NCBI GenBank assembly: GCA_039208735.1 | Contig: JBCCQY010000007.1 | Coordinates: forward strand, 40,841 to 104,840 | DNA length: 64,000 nucleotides | From: Myxococcota bacterium | GTDB taxonomy: Bacteria; Myxococcota_A; UBA796; GCA-2862545 | Reading direction: 5' to 3' | In this document: positions 1 to 9,626 of the stretch, one piece after another | How the letters are laid out: the number at the start of each line of letters is the position of its first letter | How positions within the stretch are numbered: the stretch's first letter is position 1 | Position numbers and translations under genes: made by a program | Notes under the pieces: model-generated | Told to the model about the DNA's origin: nothing | Seen by the model: the letters and a program-made list of their open reading frames with translations, nothing else | Database searches by the model: none

Positions 1-1782
1 GAGTCTGCAAGTTCCGAACCTCCGGACATCACCGAGCTGGAGGACGCGACTACGCGACTCCTGGCCACCCGAGAGGCATTCGAAACGGCGATTGCGGATG
101 GAGAAGAGACGCAGGAGGCCGTTTCTACCCTGATGTTGGGTCTCGATGAGCGCCCCTTACCCGCCATCATCGAGCCAGCCAGCCACACCCTCGTTCGCGC
201 GCTTCGGGCCCAGACAGCTTCGATTTCGTCCCAACTGGACGGCTATTGGGATCACCTCGGTCAACTCGTCGCATGGTCTGTGACCCTTTCGGTTGCCATC
301 ATGGGCCTTTGCGTTTGGATCTTGGTGAGCCGTGCTCGCGAGGAGCGGCTGTCTGAGAAGCTTCGTCGGTTGACCGCCCAGCAGCTCGCCGCACGCTCCC
401 AAGCCAACCTCGAGCAGATCATGGCCACCATGCCGGTGGGCGTCGCGATTCAGGCCGAAGGCGTGATGGTGTATGCCAACTCGCGGCTGGCGCACCTCTT
501 GCACGCGGGAAGCCCAGACGCCCTGGTGGGTCGTCCGTTGCAGGTTGACGCCTCCATCGATGTTTCGGAGCCCGTCGACATTCGGTGGGACGGTGCGCCG
601 GCTACGCTCGTGGTGGTCCGCGACCTCTCGGAGTGGAACGCCCTGCAAGCCCAGTTGCGCCTTGCCGATCGCATGGCCTCGGTCGGCACGATGGCTTCCG
701 GCGTCGCCCATGAAATCAACAACCCGTTGACCTACGTGGTGCTTCATCTCGACGAATTGACCCGCATCGTGTCCGGCAATCCCGAGGCCGGAAACCTGCT
801 CCAGCCGGTTCGGCAGGGAATCGACCGTGTTCGGCAGGTCGTTCGGGATCTCTCGACGCTCGCGCGGAGCAGCACCGAGACCGAGGCCACGACCCATGAC
901 CTCATGGGGCTGCTCCATTCCACAGCCCGAATGGCTACTTACCCTCAACGGCACTCCGTTGAAATCGACGTTCGGGGGAGTCCGGTGCCCCCCGTCAATG
1001 GGAACGAGGCTCGCCTGGGACAAGTGTTCTTGAACCTGATGGTGAATGCGGTGCAGGCCATCTCAGCGCATGCCCCCGAAGGACGAGGACGCGTTGAGGT
1101 GCGCGTCTCCAAGGCGTCCGACGACGTGGTCTTGGTGGAGGTGTCTGACAACGGACCGGGCATCTCTTCTGCCGACCTGGAGCATCTGTTCGATCCCTTC
1201 TTCACGACCAAGCCGGTAGGGGAAGGCACCGGTCTGGGGCTGTTCATCTGCCATCGCATTGTCAAGGAGACCGGCGGGCGCATCGAAGTGGTGTCTCCGC
1301 CGGGCCGGGGGGCCACCTTCCGCGTTGAGCTGCCGGTGGCTGACCGTGAGGCGGCGGTTGCGGATCGGCCCCCGAGCTACTCGCTTCCTCCCGAGCGCAA
1401 CCTCGTCGTGCTGGTTCTCGACGACGAACCCCTGGTGGGTCGAGCCCTCGCACGGCTGCTGTACCAGCATGAAGTCGTGGTGGCGCAGTCGGTCCGAGAA
1501 GCCCGCGATGCGATCGCCAATAGGCCCGTTGACGTCGTGCTTTGCGACCTTCACCTGCCCGACGAGCCAGGCCGCAACTTCTATGCGCACCTCGAGACCA
1601 CCGACCCCGAACTCGCATCGCGCGTGTTGTTCATGACCGGAGGACCCCTCACTCGGGCCGACGAAGCGCTCCTCGAAGAAACGAACCAGCCCACCCTCGA
1701 AAAGCCTGTGGAACCAGGGCTTCTCGAGGCGGCTATCGAGCAGATGGCGCGGTCAAGCTTTGAAGGTGAACAACGGCCGTAG
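1..1782 (+). CDS. Hybrid sensor histidine kinase (TM, PAS-like, HisKA, HATPase, C-terminal receiver); 5' partial
   Basis: Frame is open from base 1; H-box VAHEINNPL, N-box QVFLNLMVNA, DNGPG, FDPFFTTK, GTGLGL; receiver VLVLDDEP...VVLCDLHLP...KP. Confidence 0.93.
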   Translation, partial: ESASSEPPDITELEDATTRLLATREAFETAIADGEETQEAVSTLMLGLDERPLPAIIEPASHTLVRALRAQTASISSQLDGYWDHLGQLVAWSVTLSVAIMGLCVWILVSRAREERLSEKLRRLTAQQLAARSQANLEQIMATMPVGVAIQAEGVMVYANSRLAHLLHAGSPDALVGRPLQVDASIDVSEPVDIRWDGAPATLVVVRDLSEWNALQAQLRLADRMASVGTMASGVAHEINNPLTYVVLHLDELTRIVSGNPEAGNLLQPVRQGIDRVRQVVRDLSTLARSSTETEATTHDLMGLLHSTARMATYPQRHSVEIDVRGSPVPPVNGNEARLGQVFLNLMVNAVQAISAHAPEGRGRVEVRVSKASDDVVLVEVSDNGPGISSADLEHLFDPFFTTKPVGEGTGLGLFICHRIVKETGGRIEVVSPPGRGATFRVELPVADREAAVADRPPSYSLPPERNLVVLVLDDEPLVGRALARLLYQHEVVVAQSVREARDAIANRPVDVVLCDLHLPDEPGRNFYAHLETTDPELASRVLFMTGGPLTRADEALLEETNQPTLEKPVEPGLLEAAIEQMARSSFEGEQRP

Positions 1783-1813
1783 CCGAGCGACGATGTGGAA
1801 GGGCTCACCTGCC

Positions 1814-2611
1814 CTACAGCGCCGGCACCTCGAACGCCTTTGGATCGGCCGAATCAAAAGTAAACGACTTGACTTTCACGACATGGAGGTTGTCTTCGAG
1901 CGTGTCGGCAGGCTTGGGGGCGACGAACATCGTCATCGGAACCCAGGCTCCATCGATGTCGACGTAATCCTGGTAGTTCATCGTGCCCGAAACAAAGCGA
2001 GCAACCTCACGCACCGTGTAGAACGTCTTGGCCAGCCGTCCGGTCTTGGGGTCGATGTAGGCCACGTACTGGTCGAAGCGACTCGTAGGTTCAAGGCCTT
2101 CCCACGTCACAAAGACGCGGTCGTAGGTCACCCCATCGATCGTTTCGGGCCCCGCGTCGACGGCGATGGGGGCTTCGAGGAGTCGATAGGGAATCTCGGT
2201 GAAGTAGTGCATCGTGGGCAGCATGAACTCGGTGCCACCGTGGGAGCCTACGGAGGTCTTCCCATCCTTGACCTGCCAACTCTGGCCGTTCGTAATGCCC
2301 CAGACGAGGCCTTCCTCTTCGCCAAGGAAGGTCGCACGCGAGTCGAAGCTATGAAGCCGCTGCTCCAGCCGGACGTGGGCGTTTGGCGTAGGCCAAGGGT
2401 TTGCGACCTTCGCCATGAGCCCTTGCCAAACGTCTTCCAACTCGACGGTGACGGACGTGCGCTCGTTCCAGGCGGCGACGCCCCCGTGCGCTGCGGCCAC
2501 GGACTCGAGCATCGCGCGGCCTCGTTCGGCAGCGGCCGTCTCGTCGGTCAGGCTGCGAATGGAATCGGGACGAATGTCCGCCAGGCAGGCGGTCAGCGAC
2601 AATAGCAACAT
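1814..2611 (-). CDS. Hypothetical lipoprotein
   Basis: Lipobox-like LSLTAC; 265 aa directly downstream of a TetR gene. Confidence 0.7.
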   Translation of the reverse strand: MLLLSLTACLADIRPDSIRSLTDETAAAERGRAMLESVAAAHGGVAAWNERTSVTVELEDVWQGLMAKVANPWPTPNAHVRLEQRLHSFDSRATFLGEEEGLVWGITNGQSWQVKDGKTSVGSHGGTEFMLPTMHYFTEIPYRLLEAPIAVDAGPETIDGVTYDRVFVTWEGLEPTSRFDQYVAYIDPKTGRLAKTFYTVREVARFVSGTMNYQDYVDIDGAWVPMTMFVAPKPADTLEDNLHVVKVKSFTFDSADPKAFEVPAL

Positions 2612-2620
2612 CAGGACGTC

Positions 2621-3214
2621 CTAGGTTCGATCTTGGCGAAGCAGGGCCACGATGGCCCGAGTTGAAGCGGCGAGACTGACGGGATCGGCCCCCGCTCGGA
2701 TTTGCGTGACGAGGCCTCGGGTGAACACGGTCAACATGGCGGCCAGCTCATCGACCGACGCCTCCGGGCCGAGTTGCCCGGCTCGCTGGGCACCTCGTAG
2801 AACATTGGCGTACGCCGCCTCCATTCGTTCCTGGTGGGCGACAACCCGTTTGTGAACAGCCTCGTCGAGACGGGCGCGTTCACTGCCGCTGTGAGCGATC
2901 AAGCATCCAAAGGCCATCGGGGCGTCCTTTGCACTCGAGCCCAGTCCCGTGAACGTGCGCATCAACGTGTCGAGATCGGCCCCCTCCGCCTCAAGCGGCC
3001 CAAGGACAAAGTCCACCACCCGCTCGAGGTAGCGGTCCAGCACCGCGAGAAACAGCCCCTCTTTGTCGCCAAACGCCGCGTAGAGGCTCGATCGACTCAG
3101 CCCGGTCGCGTCCAGCAAATCCGCAAGCGACGTCCCCGTGTAGCCTCGCTCCCAGAAGGTCACGACAGCGGCGTCTAACACCTGGTCCACATCAAAGGTT
3201 CGAGGCCGTCCCAT
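2621..3214 (-). CDS. TetR/AcrR family transcriptional regulator (NemR/ComR-like)
   Basis: MGRPRTFD...FWERGYTGTSLADLLDATGLSRSSLYAAFGDKEGLF HTH; GCL motif in C-terminal domain. Confidence 0.93.
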   Translation of the reverse strand: MGRPRTFDVDQVLDAAVVTFWERGYTGTSLADLLDATGLSRSSLYAAFGDKEGLFLAVLDRYLERVVDFVLGPLEAEGADLDTLMRTFTGLGSSAKDAPMAFGCLIAHSGSERARLDEAVHKRVVAHQERMEAAYANVLRGAQRAGQLGPEASVDELAAMLTVFTRGLVTQIRAGADPVSLAASTRAIVALLRQDRT

Positions 3215-3228
3215 CGTTTCCTCGTTCT

Positions 3229-3242
3229 GGAACGATCGGTCC
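3229..3242. promoter_or_regulatory. Putative TetR operator palindrome
   Basis: GGAACGATCGGTCC near-perfect palindrome 15 bp upstream of the tetR start. Confidence 0.6.
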
Positions 3243-3327
3243 GTAACCTGAGCGGACCCCCTGTCACGTTCGAATTGCTGCCAGGAGGTTGGACCTAAGG
3301 TCGAGCGAGGCGGCGCCTGAACGAACC

Positions 3328-5799
3328 TTAGGCTTCGTCACCCAACCCTGGGCGTGTCGCTGCGGTGGGACGACTCACGAGTGTCTGGGCCTGGGAGACC
3401 CAAGCGTCCCGTTCGATGCGCCCTCGATAATCCATGAGTTTCGCATCCACCGCCGACACTTGAGCGTCCGTCCACTCCGCGATCTGCCAGTAGTAGTACA
3501 CGCCAAGGTCATGAAGGATGTCGCGCAGTGGGTTGTCGATACCGTCGAGCAGCGTAAGGTCGTCGGGTGTACCAAACGCAGCCTCGGTCAGCAGATTGTT
3601 CTTCGGACTCCGACGCATGGGGTCGATGGGGTCGAAGCGAGGGCTGGTCCGTGACTCGGTGCGGCTTCCCGTGCGCACCGACCGCTTGGTCTTGGTTTGC
3701 GTCACGACCGCGGACTTGCCCGCCGACCGCAACTGGTGATGCACCGCCGCCAAGCCGTACTCGATGGCGGTGAGGCGGTTTTCGATCGAGGCAAGATCGA
3801 GCCGGCCTTCGATGGCCACGACTTCGTCGAGCACCGCCGTGAGGTCGGGCTCGGGCACGTCGATGGCCAGCACGGACTCCCGAATGTCCTCCACCCGCTC
3901 CTCGAGCGTTTCGAGCTTCGTCGAAAGCGGGTCCAAGTCCACCCGGGCAGGGCGCAGGGCCGCGATTGCCCCTTCGAGGCCCACGAACCGAGCGTGCAAG
4001 CCATCCATGTCGCCGGTCGAACCGAGCCGACTCGACAAGGCCTCGAGCCGCGTGTCCAACGTCGCTTCGATCGGGGTGAAGTCGGGCTGGGCGGACTTGA
4101 GGTCGTCGATGCGCGCATCCACCGCGTCGAGACGAGCGACGAGGGGCGAGAGGTCGACGGTCGGTTCGGGCAGGGTCGCGAACGTGCTCTCGATCTGGGC
4201 CAACCGTTCGTACAACGGGGCCAGATCAACGTTGGGCGCAGACAACGCGCCGAGATGTTCCTCGAGCCGCACCAGATGGTCGGAGACCGCAGTAAGTTCG
4301 ACCCGTTCCCCCGGTTGGGTGGTGAGTCCTTCTTCGATGTGTGTCAGACGCTCCTGAATGGGCCCAAGGTCCACGACGGCATCGGGCTGGGAGAGAAGCG
4401 CCTCTTCGATTTGGCCAAGCTTGGCCTTCAATGGCTCAACATCGACGGGGGCTAACCCCGCCAGCCGTTCGTCGATCTTCTGCAGATGCGCATGGACCGA
4501 CTCGAGATCGACCTCTTGGGGACTGGCCACTCGCTCCTCAACCTGCCGCAGGTGGGCGTGCAAAGGCTCGAGATCAAGGTTTGGTGTGGGAACCGCCACA
4601 AACCGCTCTTCCACCTGCCGCAGGTGGGCGTGCAAAGGCTCGAAGTCCACCCCTGAACCACCCAGTCGCGACTCCAGGCTCGCGATTTGCTCGCGCAGGG
4701 GCGTGAGATCCACGGAAGGCTGCGTGGTGAGGTACTCCTCGAGCCGCGTGAGGTGCTCCTGTACGGGTGCAAGATCGACGTTGGAGGCCGGCGTCGCTTC
4801 GAGAAGCTGTTCAAGCTTCTGCAGATGCGCGTGGACGGGCTGAAGGTCGGGGGGAGTCGGCGTCGCAAGCTGCGCTTCGATCTTCGCCAATTGCTCCCGA
4901 ACGGGCCCAAGATCAACATTCGGCTGGGTCGCCAGGTGCTGGTCGATCTGATTGAGCTGAGCGTGCACCGGTTCCAGATCGAACGAGGGCACAGGCAACG
5001 CCTCGATCCGCTCCTCGAGCTTGTGCAGGTGGGCGTGCACGGGCTCGAAGTCTACCCCCGTCGCGCCAAGCCTTGACTCAAGGGTGGCAAGCTGCTCCCG
5101 AACCGGCCCGAGATCGACACTCGGTTGAGCCAGCAAGTAGTCCTCAATCTGCTTGAGGTGTTCGTTCACCCCAGTGAGATCCACCGCGGGCAGCGCATCC
5201 AGACGCGACTCCAGCTTTTGCAGATGCTGGTGAACCGGCCCCAAATCCGTCGACTTGAACGCAGCGACCGTCGACGCCACCGCGGCCACCCCGGATGTGA
5301 CCTGGTCGAGGTCCATCGCGCCAAGACGCGTTTCGATGGCCCTCAACTGTGCATGCACAGGCTCGAAGTCTGGGCCCGACTGACCCGCCACCCGCTTGTC
5401 CAACGCATCGACCTTGCTCGACAGCGCAGACTGAACCGACACCAAATCCGACTTGGTGAAGTCCATCGCCACGGGCTCGATCTGCCGGATTTCCGCCGTC
5501 AACGCTTCGCTCACGTTGGTCAACTGCTGTTGCACCGGAGCCAAGTCGGTGGCCTTCAGCCCGTCAAACCGCTTGGCAAGACCCGCGATCTGAACGGTCA
5601 AATCACGCCGCAAGGCTTCGAGGTCGTCGGTGGTGACCGACGGCCCCTTGGCGATCATGGCCTGTTCGTGCTGCAACAGCTGGGCGTAGGTCTCGGTCAC
5701 ATCCTCGTACCGATGACTCATCCAGTAGTAGGAGAACGCTGCCCCGAACAAGACGGCGAGCAGCAGCAGAAACACAATCTGCACGGATAGAAGCATCAT
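3328..5799 (-). CDS. Membrane-anchored repetitive coiled-coil protein with C-terminal HhH (COG3743-like) domain
   Basis: N-terminal TM; many D[LF]xP[VL]xxxLxx[IL]ExxL repeats; C-terminal PDDLTLLDGI...LHDLGVYYYWQIAEWT...GRIERDAWVSQA. Confidence 0.8.
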   Translation of the reverse strand: MMLLSVQIVFLLLLAVLFGAAFSYYWMSHRYEDVTETYAQLLQHEQAMIAKGPSVTTDDLEALRRDLTVQIAGLAKRFDGLKATDLAPVQQQLTNVSEALTAEIRQIEPVAMDFTKSDLVSVQSALSSKVDALDKRVAGQSGPDFEPVHAQLRAIETRLGAMDLDQVTSGVAAVASTVAAFKSTDLGPVHQHLQKLESRLDALPAVDLTGVNEHLKQIEDYLLAQPSVDLGPVREQLATLESRLGATGVDFEPVHAHLHKLEERIEALPVPSFDLEPVHAQLNQIDQHLATQPNVDLGPVREQLAKIEAQLATPTPPDLQPVHAHLQKLEQLLEATPASNVDLAPVQEHLTRLEEYLTTQPSVDLTPLREQIASLESRLGGSGVDFEPLHAHLRQVEERFVAVPTPNLDLEPLHAHLRQVEERVASPQEVDLESVHAHLQKIDERLAGLAPVDVEPLKAKLGQIEEALLSQPDAVVDLGPIQERLTHIEEGLTTQPGERVELTAVSDHLVRLEEHLGALSAPNVDLAPLYERLAQIESTFATLPEPTVDLSPLVARLDAVDARIDDLKSAQPDFTPIEATLDTRLEALSSRLGSTGDMDGLHARFVGLEGAIAALRPARVDLDPLSTKLETLEERVEDIRESVLAIDVPEPDLTAVLDEVVAIEGRLDLASIENRLTAIEYGLAAVHHQLRSAGKSAVVTQTKTKRSVRTGSRTESRTSPRFDPIDPMRRSPKNNLLTEAAFGTPDDLTLLDGIDNPLRDILHDLGVYYYWQIAEWTDAQVSAVDAKLMDYRGRIERDAWVSQAQTLVSRPTAATRPGLGDEA

Positions 5800-5823
5800 C
5801 GCGAGCTCACAAGAGGTTGGGGG

Positions 5824-6972
5824 TCAGTCCGAGGCACGGACGACGCGGATCTCGATCCGCCGGTTTCGGGAGCGGCCCAGCTTCGTGGCATTGTCGTCCA
5901 CTGGACGCCTTGAGCCGTAGCCCCGCGCCACCAGCCGGCGCGAAGATAGGCCTCGTTCGATCAACGACCGTCGGACCGAGGCCGCACGACGCTGGCTTAA
6001 ATCTTCGTTGAACGCCGGGTCACCCGTGTTGTCGGTATGGCCTTCGATTCGTAGCGTACCGGGACAATCGCGGGCGGCGGCGGCGACCTCGTCGAGCACC
6101 GGTGCACTCGCCGCGTCGATGGCATCGCTTTCCGAGGCAAACCGAATCGTCGATCGGCCCAACACGTCCGCCATCGCCTGTTCGCAAGAGGCAACCGCCT
6201 CGTTTGCAAGAACCTGAACCGTCCCCACCCGACCGTATGGAAGGGGCGCCGAAGCCGCCGTGCGCAAGTCTTCCGCCCGGCTCTCCGGCAGCTCGCAAAG
6301 CAGCGAGTAGCGATCGCACGAAAACTCGGCGACCCCCATGTCGCACGCAGAGACGTTGGCCAAACCACGCTTGGCGACGTCCACAAAGCCGTCGGGAACG
6401 GGCTGGTCCACCACCACGAGATGGCTGTCCACCGAGGTGATCGATCCCGGCTGGACGAGCGTTCGCGCCGCGGTCTCGATGGCCTGTCGCGATGCGGCAT
6501 CGGGCACTTCGCCTTCGAGCCTCAGCACGCCTTCCTCGACGCGAAACGTCCATTCGAGTGCAGGCGACGGGGCCGCGGCCGCGGGTGCCTCTGCCGCCGT
6601 GAAGTCCCCTCGCACCCGGGTGGGCGCCACCACCGGCCCCGCCCACGTCGCGGCCCGCGCCGCCCGGACCGCGGCCAGGGCTTGCGAGGCGGCTTCGTCA
6701 CTGGGAGGAGTGCCCTTCACCACGACATGTTGCCCGGAAACTTCGACGGTCGCCCATGAAGCCTTCACGTCATGCAACGCATCCTTTGCCGCGCGTTCCG
6801 TCTTGTCTTGGATCCAAGTGATCGCAAAGGGACCAAGCCCAAACAAGAACACCAAGCCCAAGGCCGCAAGAAGCATCCAACCCCATGGGAACCAGGGCAT
6901 CGGCGCCGACACGCGACGCCAGCGGCGCACGGTGGACGCGTTCTTCGATTCGGCGCGGGTACGGGTCGCCAT
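5824..6972 (-). CDS. OmpA-family peptidoglycan-binding protein with BON-like domains
   Basis: IEGHTDNTG...NEDLSQRRAASV...GYGSRRPV...NRRIEI; TM helix; RBS GGAGG before ATG 6972. Confidence 0.9.
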   Translation of the reverse strand: MATRTRAESKNASTVRRWRRVSAPMPWFPWGWMLLAALGLVFLFGLGPFAITWIQDKTERAAKDALHDVKASWATVEVSGQHVVVKGTPPSDEAASQALAAVRAARAATWAGPVVAPTRVRGDFTAAEAPAAAAPSPALEWTFRVEEGVLRLEGEVPDAASRQAIETAARTLVQPGSITSVDSHLVVVDQPVPDGFVDVAKRGLANVSACDMGVAEFSCDRYSLLCELPESRAEDLRTAASAPLPYGRVGTVQVLANEAVASCEQAMADVLGRSTIRFASESDAIDAASAPVLDEVAAAARDCPGTLRIEGHTDNTGDPAFNEDLSQRRAASVRRSLIERGLSSRRLVARGYGSRRPVDDNATKLGRSRNRRIEIRVVRASD

Positions 6973-7088
6973 GGCACCCCTCCGGAGGACGAAACCTCGC
7001 ATGTCCCGATGGGGAGCACACGTAACACCTACGGTGCAAAGTCTGGTGATCTACGCGACAAGCCAATTTCCACCCTTTCGAACAAAAG

Positions 7089-7145
7089 GCAACCATTAGG
7101 TTGCGCATTGGAGCATGGGGCCATTAAAGGCAACCTGGAGGTTGC
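7089..7145. promoter_or_regulatory. Two GCAACC-N4-GGTTGC inverted repeats (likely ArsR-family operators)
   Basis: GCAACCattaGGTTGC at 7089-7104 and GCAACCtggaGGTTGC at 7130-7145, both preceded by AAAG. Confidence 0.7.
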
Positions 7146-7147
7146 GT

Positions 7148-7498
7148 TTGATCCGGCGCCCCGACCCGGAACTCTTCAGCGCGTTGGCTGACCCTACCCG
7201 TCTCGACCTCGTCGAACGCCTGCTCAGCGTCCCCAGTCTGTCGACCACCCAGCTCACCAAGGGTACCGGGCTCACCCGACAAGCCATCCACAAGCACCTC
7301 ACCGTGCTCGAGGGAGTGGGGTTGGTGGCGCAAGAGCGCGTAGGACGAAGACGGCTATGGTCGCTCGATGCGCGGCCCCTGGGGTTGGTGCGGGATTGGA
7401 GCAACCGTCTTCGTGCAGTTTGGGCTGCGCGATTCGACCAACTCGAACGTCTGCTTGCCGAGGGAGGGCCCGATGACCCCCGATCCGTTGACCCTTGA
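7148..7498 (+). CDS. ArsR/SmtB family transcriptional regulator
   Basis: LFSALADPTRLDLVERL...LTRQAIHKHLTVLEGVGLV; start uncertain (TTG 7148 or ATG 7115). Confidence 0.9.
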   Translation: MIRRPDPELFSALADPTRLDLVERLLSVPSLSTTQLTKGTGLTRQAIHKHLTVLEGVGLVAQERVGRRRLWSLDARPLGLVRDWSNRLRAVWAARFDQLERLLAEGGPDDPRSVDP

Positions 7499-8435
7499 GA
7501 TTCGCGCCGAGGGGGACCGCCAGATTGTCCTCGAACGGCGATTCGAGGCCGGTCCGTCCAAAGTCTACGCAGCCTTCACGGACCCAAAGAAGATCCGGCG
7601 CTGGCTTAGCACCCCCGAATGGCCCATGCGCACGTGCATGAATGAAGCTCGCGAGGAAGGGGCGATCCGGTACGAGTGGTTCAATGCCGAGGCGCCCGAA
7701 AAGACCATGGGCATGACGGGTCGCTACCTGCGCGTGGACCCTCCTCGCTTCGTCGAACCCCGCGAGGTGTTCGACGAAGATTGGACAGGCGGGGAGGTTC
7801 AAGTGCGCACCGAATTCCTCGAAGACGGAACAGGAACGCTCCTTCGCATGACGATGCGCTATTCGACGCAAGAAGCCCGCGACGCGGTGCTCAAGACCGG
7901 AATGGCCCGCGGCATGGACCTCAATTTCTACGGCCTCGATGAGGTGTTGTCGGGCCGGGATCGGTTGATGACCCCCGATCCCGAACGTGATCTCGTCCTG
8001 CAACGGATCTTGGATGCGTCGCCATCGCGGGTGTGGGCCGCGTGGACGCAGCCCGAGCTGATCGCCCAGTGGTTTGCGCCCGCTCCGTGGTCCGTGGCTC
8101 GCGCCACCGTCGAGCCATTCGCCGGCGGCGCATTTAGCGTGGTGATGCAAAGCCCCGAGGGCGAAGCGATGGCCGGGGAGCCCGGCTGCGTGCTGATGGC
8201 ACTGCCCAATCGTCTGTTTGCTTGGACCGATGGCCTGGGGCCCGGTTTTCAACCCAAGTCCGACAGCTTCTTCACGGCCTTTGTTCGGCTGCGACCTCAT
8301 CACCGTGGCACTCGGTACCAGATCCTGGTTCGGCATGCCGACGCTGATGGTCGAGCCCGGCATGAGGCGATGGGTTTTCATCAGGGGTGGGGCAAAGCCG
8401 CAGACCAGCTTGCCACTCTGCTTGGCGAACGTTGA
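7473..8435 (+). CDS. Tandem SRPBCC (AHSA1-like) domain protein
   Basis: Two AHSA1-like domains (VYAAFTDP..IRRW; VWAAWTQPELIAQWFAP...HEAMGFHQGWG), each beginning MTPDP. Confidence 0.88.
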   Translation: MTPDPLTLEIRAEGDRQIVLERRFEAGPSKVYAAFTDPKKIRRWLSTPEWPMRTCMNEAREEGAIRYEWFNAEAPEKTMGMTGRYLRVDPPRFVEPREVFDEDWTGGEVQVRTEFLEDGTGTLLRMTMRYSTQEARDAVLKTGMARGMDLNFYGLDEVLSGRDRLMTPDPERDLVLQRILDASPSRVWAAWTQPELIAQWFAPAPWSVARATVEPFAGGAFSVVMQSPEGEAMAGEPGCVLMALPNRLFAWTDGLGPGFQPKSDSFFTAFVRLRPHHRGTRYQILVRHADADGRARHEAMGFHQGWGKAADQLATLLGER

Positions 8436-8477
8436 GCGATCGCCAGCTTCCTTTCTCAAGACGTTCACATTGAGGGA

Positions 8478-8819
8478 TTGGCCTTTGAGGGCGGGAATGG
8501 CATCTTGCTGGTGCATGCAGCCCAACCCGCACCGAGTGGTGCGCTCCAAACCTATGGCCAAACCCTTCATACCCGAGAACTTGGGCTCGTCCTCCTGACC
8601 CTCTCCGAGCCCGACTGCGCCACGTTGCTCGCGAGCACCGGACAACAAATCCATGTGATCGGAGAGCAGAATCCGCACGGCGCGGATTCTCCTGGTCTAA
8701 GAGCGCAGCGCGCCCAAACCGTTTTCAAGCGGCTGGGAAGTCTTGGTCTGGACCTCAACATTCACGACGGAAGCGTCAGCGATAGCGCAGTTGTAAGGCT
8801 CTGTATTGCCCCACCTTGA
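8478..8819 (+). CDS. Hypothetical protein (doubtful)
   Basis: 113 aa ORF in an otherwise empty gap; no recognised motif. Confidence 0.25.
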   Translation: MAFEGGNGILLVHAAQPAPSGALQTYGQTLHTRELGLVLLTLSEPDCATLLASTGQQIHVIGEQNPHGADSPGLRAQRAQTVFKRLGSLGLDLNIHDGSVSDSAVVRLCIAPP

Positions 8820-9000
8820 ATCGGTGACATCCTTCTGGCAACGACAACCTCAGAATTCGGCATCATAGGGTCAGCCTGGTGCTGCGCGGTATCGTCGAAT
8901 TTCCCTCTGCCTGCCAGCTTCTACCTACGACCGATACCGCGTGGCACCGACTTCTCTCCTCCCTCCATCCCGAGACTCGACAGCTCAATCAAAGACGCTA

Positions 9001-9024
9001 TGACCATATAAACGAAAATGGTCA
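9001..9024. promoter_or_regulatory. Putative TetR operator inverted repeat
   Basis: TGACCAT-N10-ATGGTCA directly before ATG 9027. Confidence 0.65.
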
Positions 9025-9026
9025 CA

Positions 9027-9626
9027 ATGCCGAAAGCGTTCAACGATGAAGAGAGAGTGCAGGTGAGACGTCGGCTTGCAGCGGCGGCGGCCGAACGCGT
9101 AGCCCAGGTCGGCTACCGGCGAACCACGATTGGCGAACTCGCGCGCACGGCGGGCATCTCAAAGGGTGCCTTCTACACCTTCTACGACAGCAAGGAAGCG
9201 CTGTTCATCGAGATCTTGAGAGACACCGAGACCGCCCTTCGGGCCGAGATGCAGGCCGCCGCGGACCGCGAGGGGGCTCCGCGCGAAATCCTGGCCGGTG
9301 TCTTCGAAGCCCTCCGCGCGGCGGTGGCGGACCACCCCTTGCTTCGCGTCCTGGCCCAGCCCGAAGAATCGGCCGCGCTGTTTCGTCACCTGCCTCCGGA
9401 GTTCCTCGAAGAGGCCCAAGCCGACGACGATCGGTGGTTCGCCGAGCTGTTTTCGGGGCTGGCCGCTCGCAAGATCGTCGATCCAGCGATGGTGCCGGTG
9501 CTCGTGGCGTTGCCGCGATTTTGGTTTGCTCTCGCCACGGGCCGTTCCTGGCTTGGCGACGACTTTGGTCCCACGACGCGCCTCGTCGTGGACGCGCTTG
9601 CCCATCACCTTGGAGGTGACTCATGA
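9027..9626 (+). CDS. TetR/AcrR family transcriptional regulator
   Basis: MPKAF...GYRRTTIGELARTAGISKGAFYTFYDSKEALF. Confidence 0.93.
   Translation: MPKAFNDEERVQVRRRLAAAAAERVAQVGYRRTTIGELARTAGISKGAFYTFYDSKEALFIEILRDTETALRAEMQAAADREGAPREILAGVFEALRAAVADHPLLRVLAQPEESAALFRHLPPEFLEEAQADDDRWFAELFSGLAARKIVDPAMVPVLVALPRFWFALATGRSWLGDDFGPTTRLVVDALAHHLGGDS

Noticed and set aside
4400..5400. CRISPR-like repeated DNA
   Set aside because: The repeats are degenerate in-frame coding repeats of the coiled-coil protein; no constant repeat with unique spacers and no cas genes
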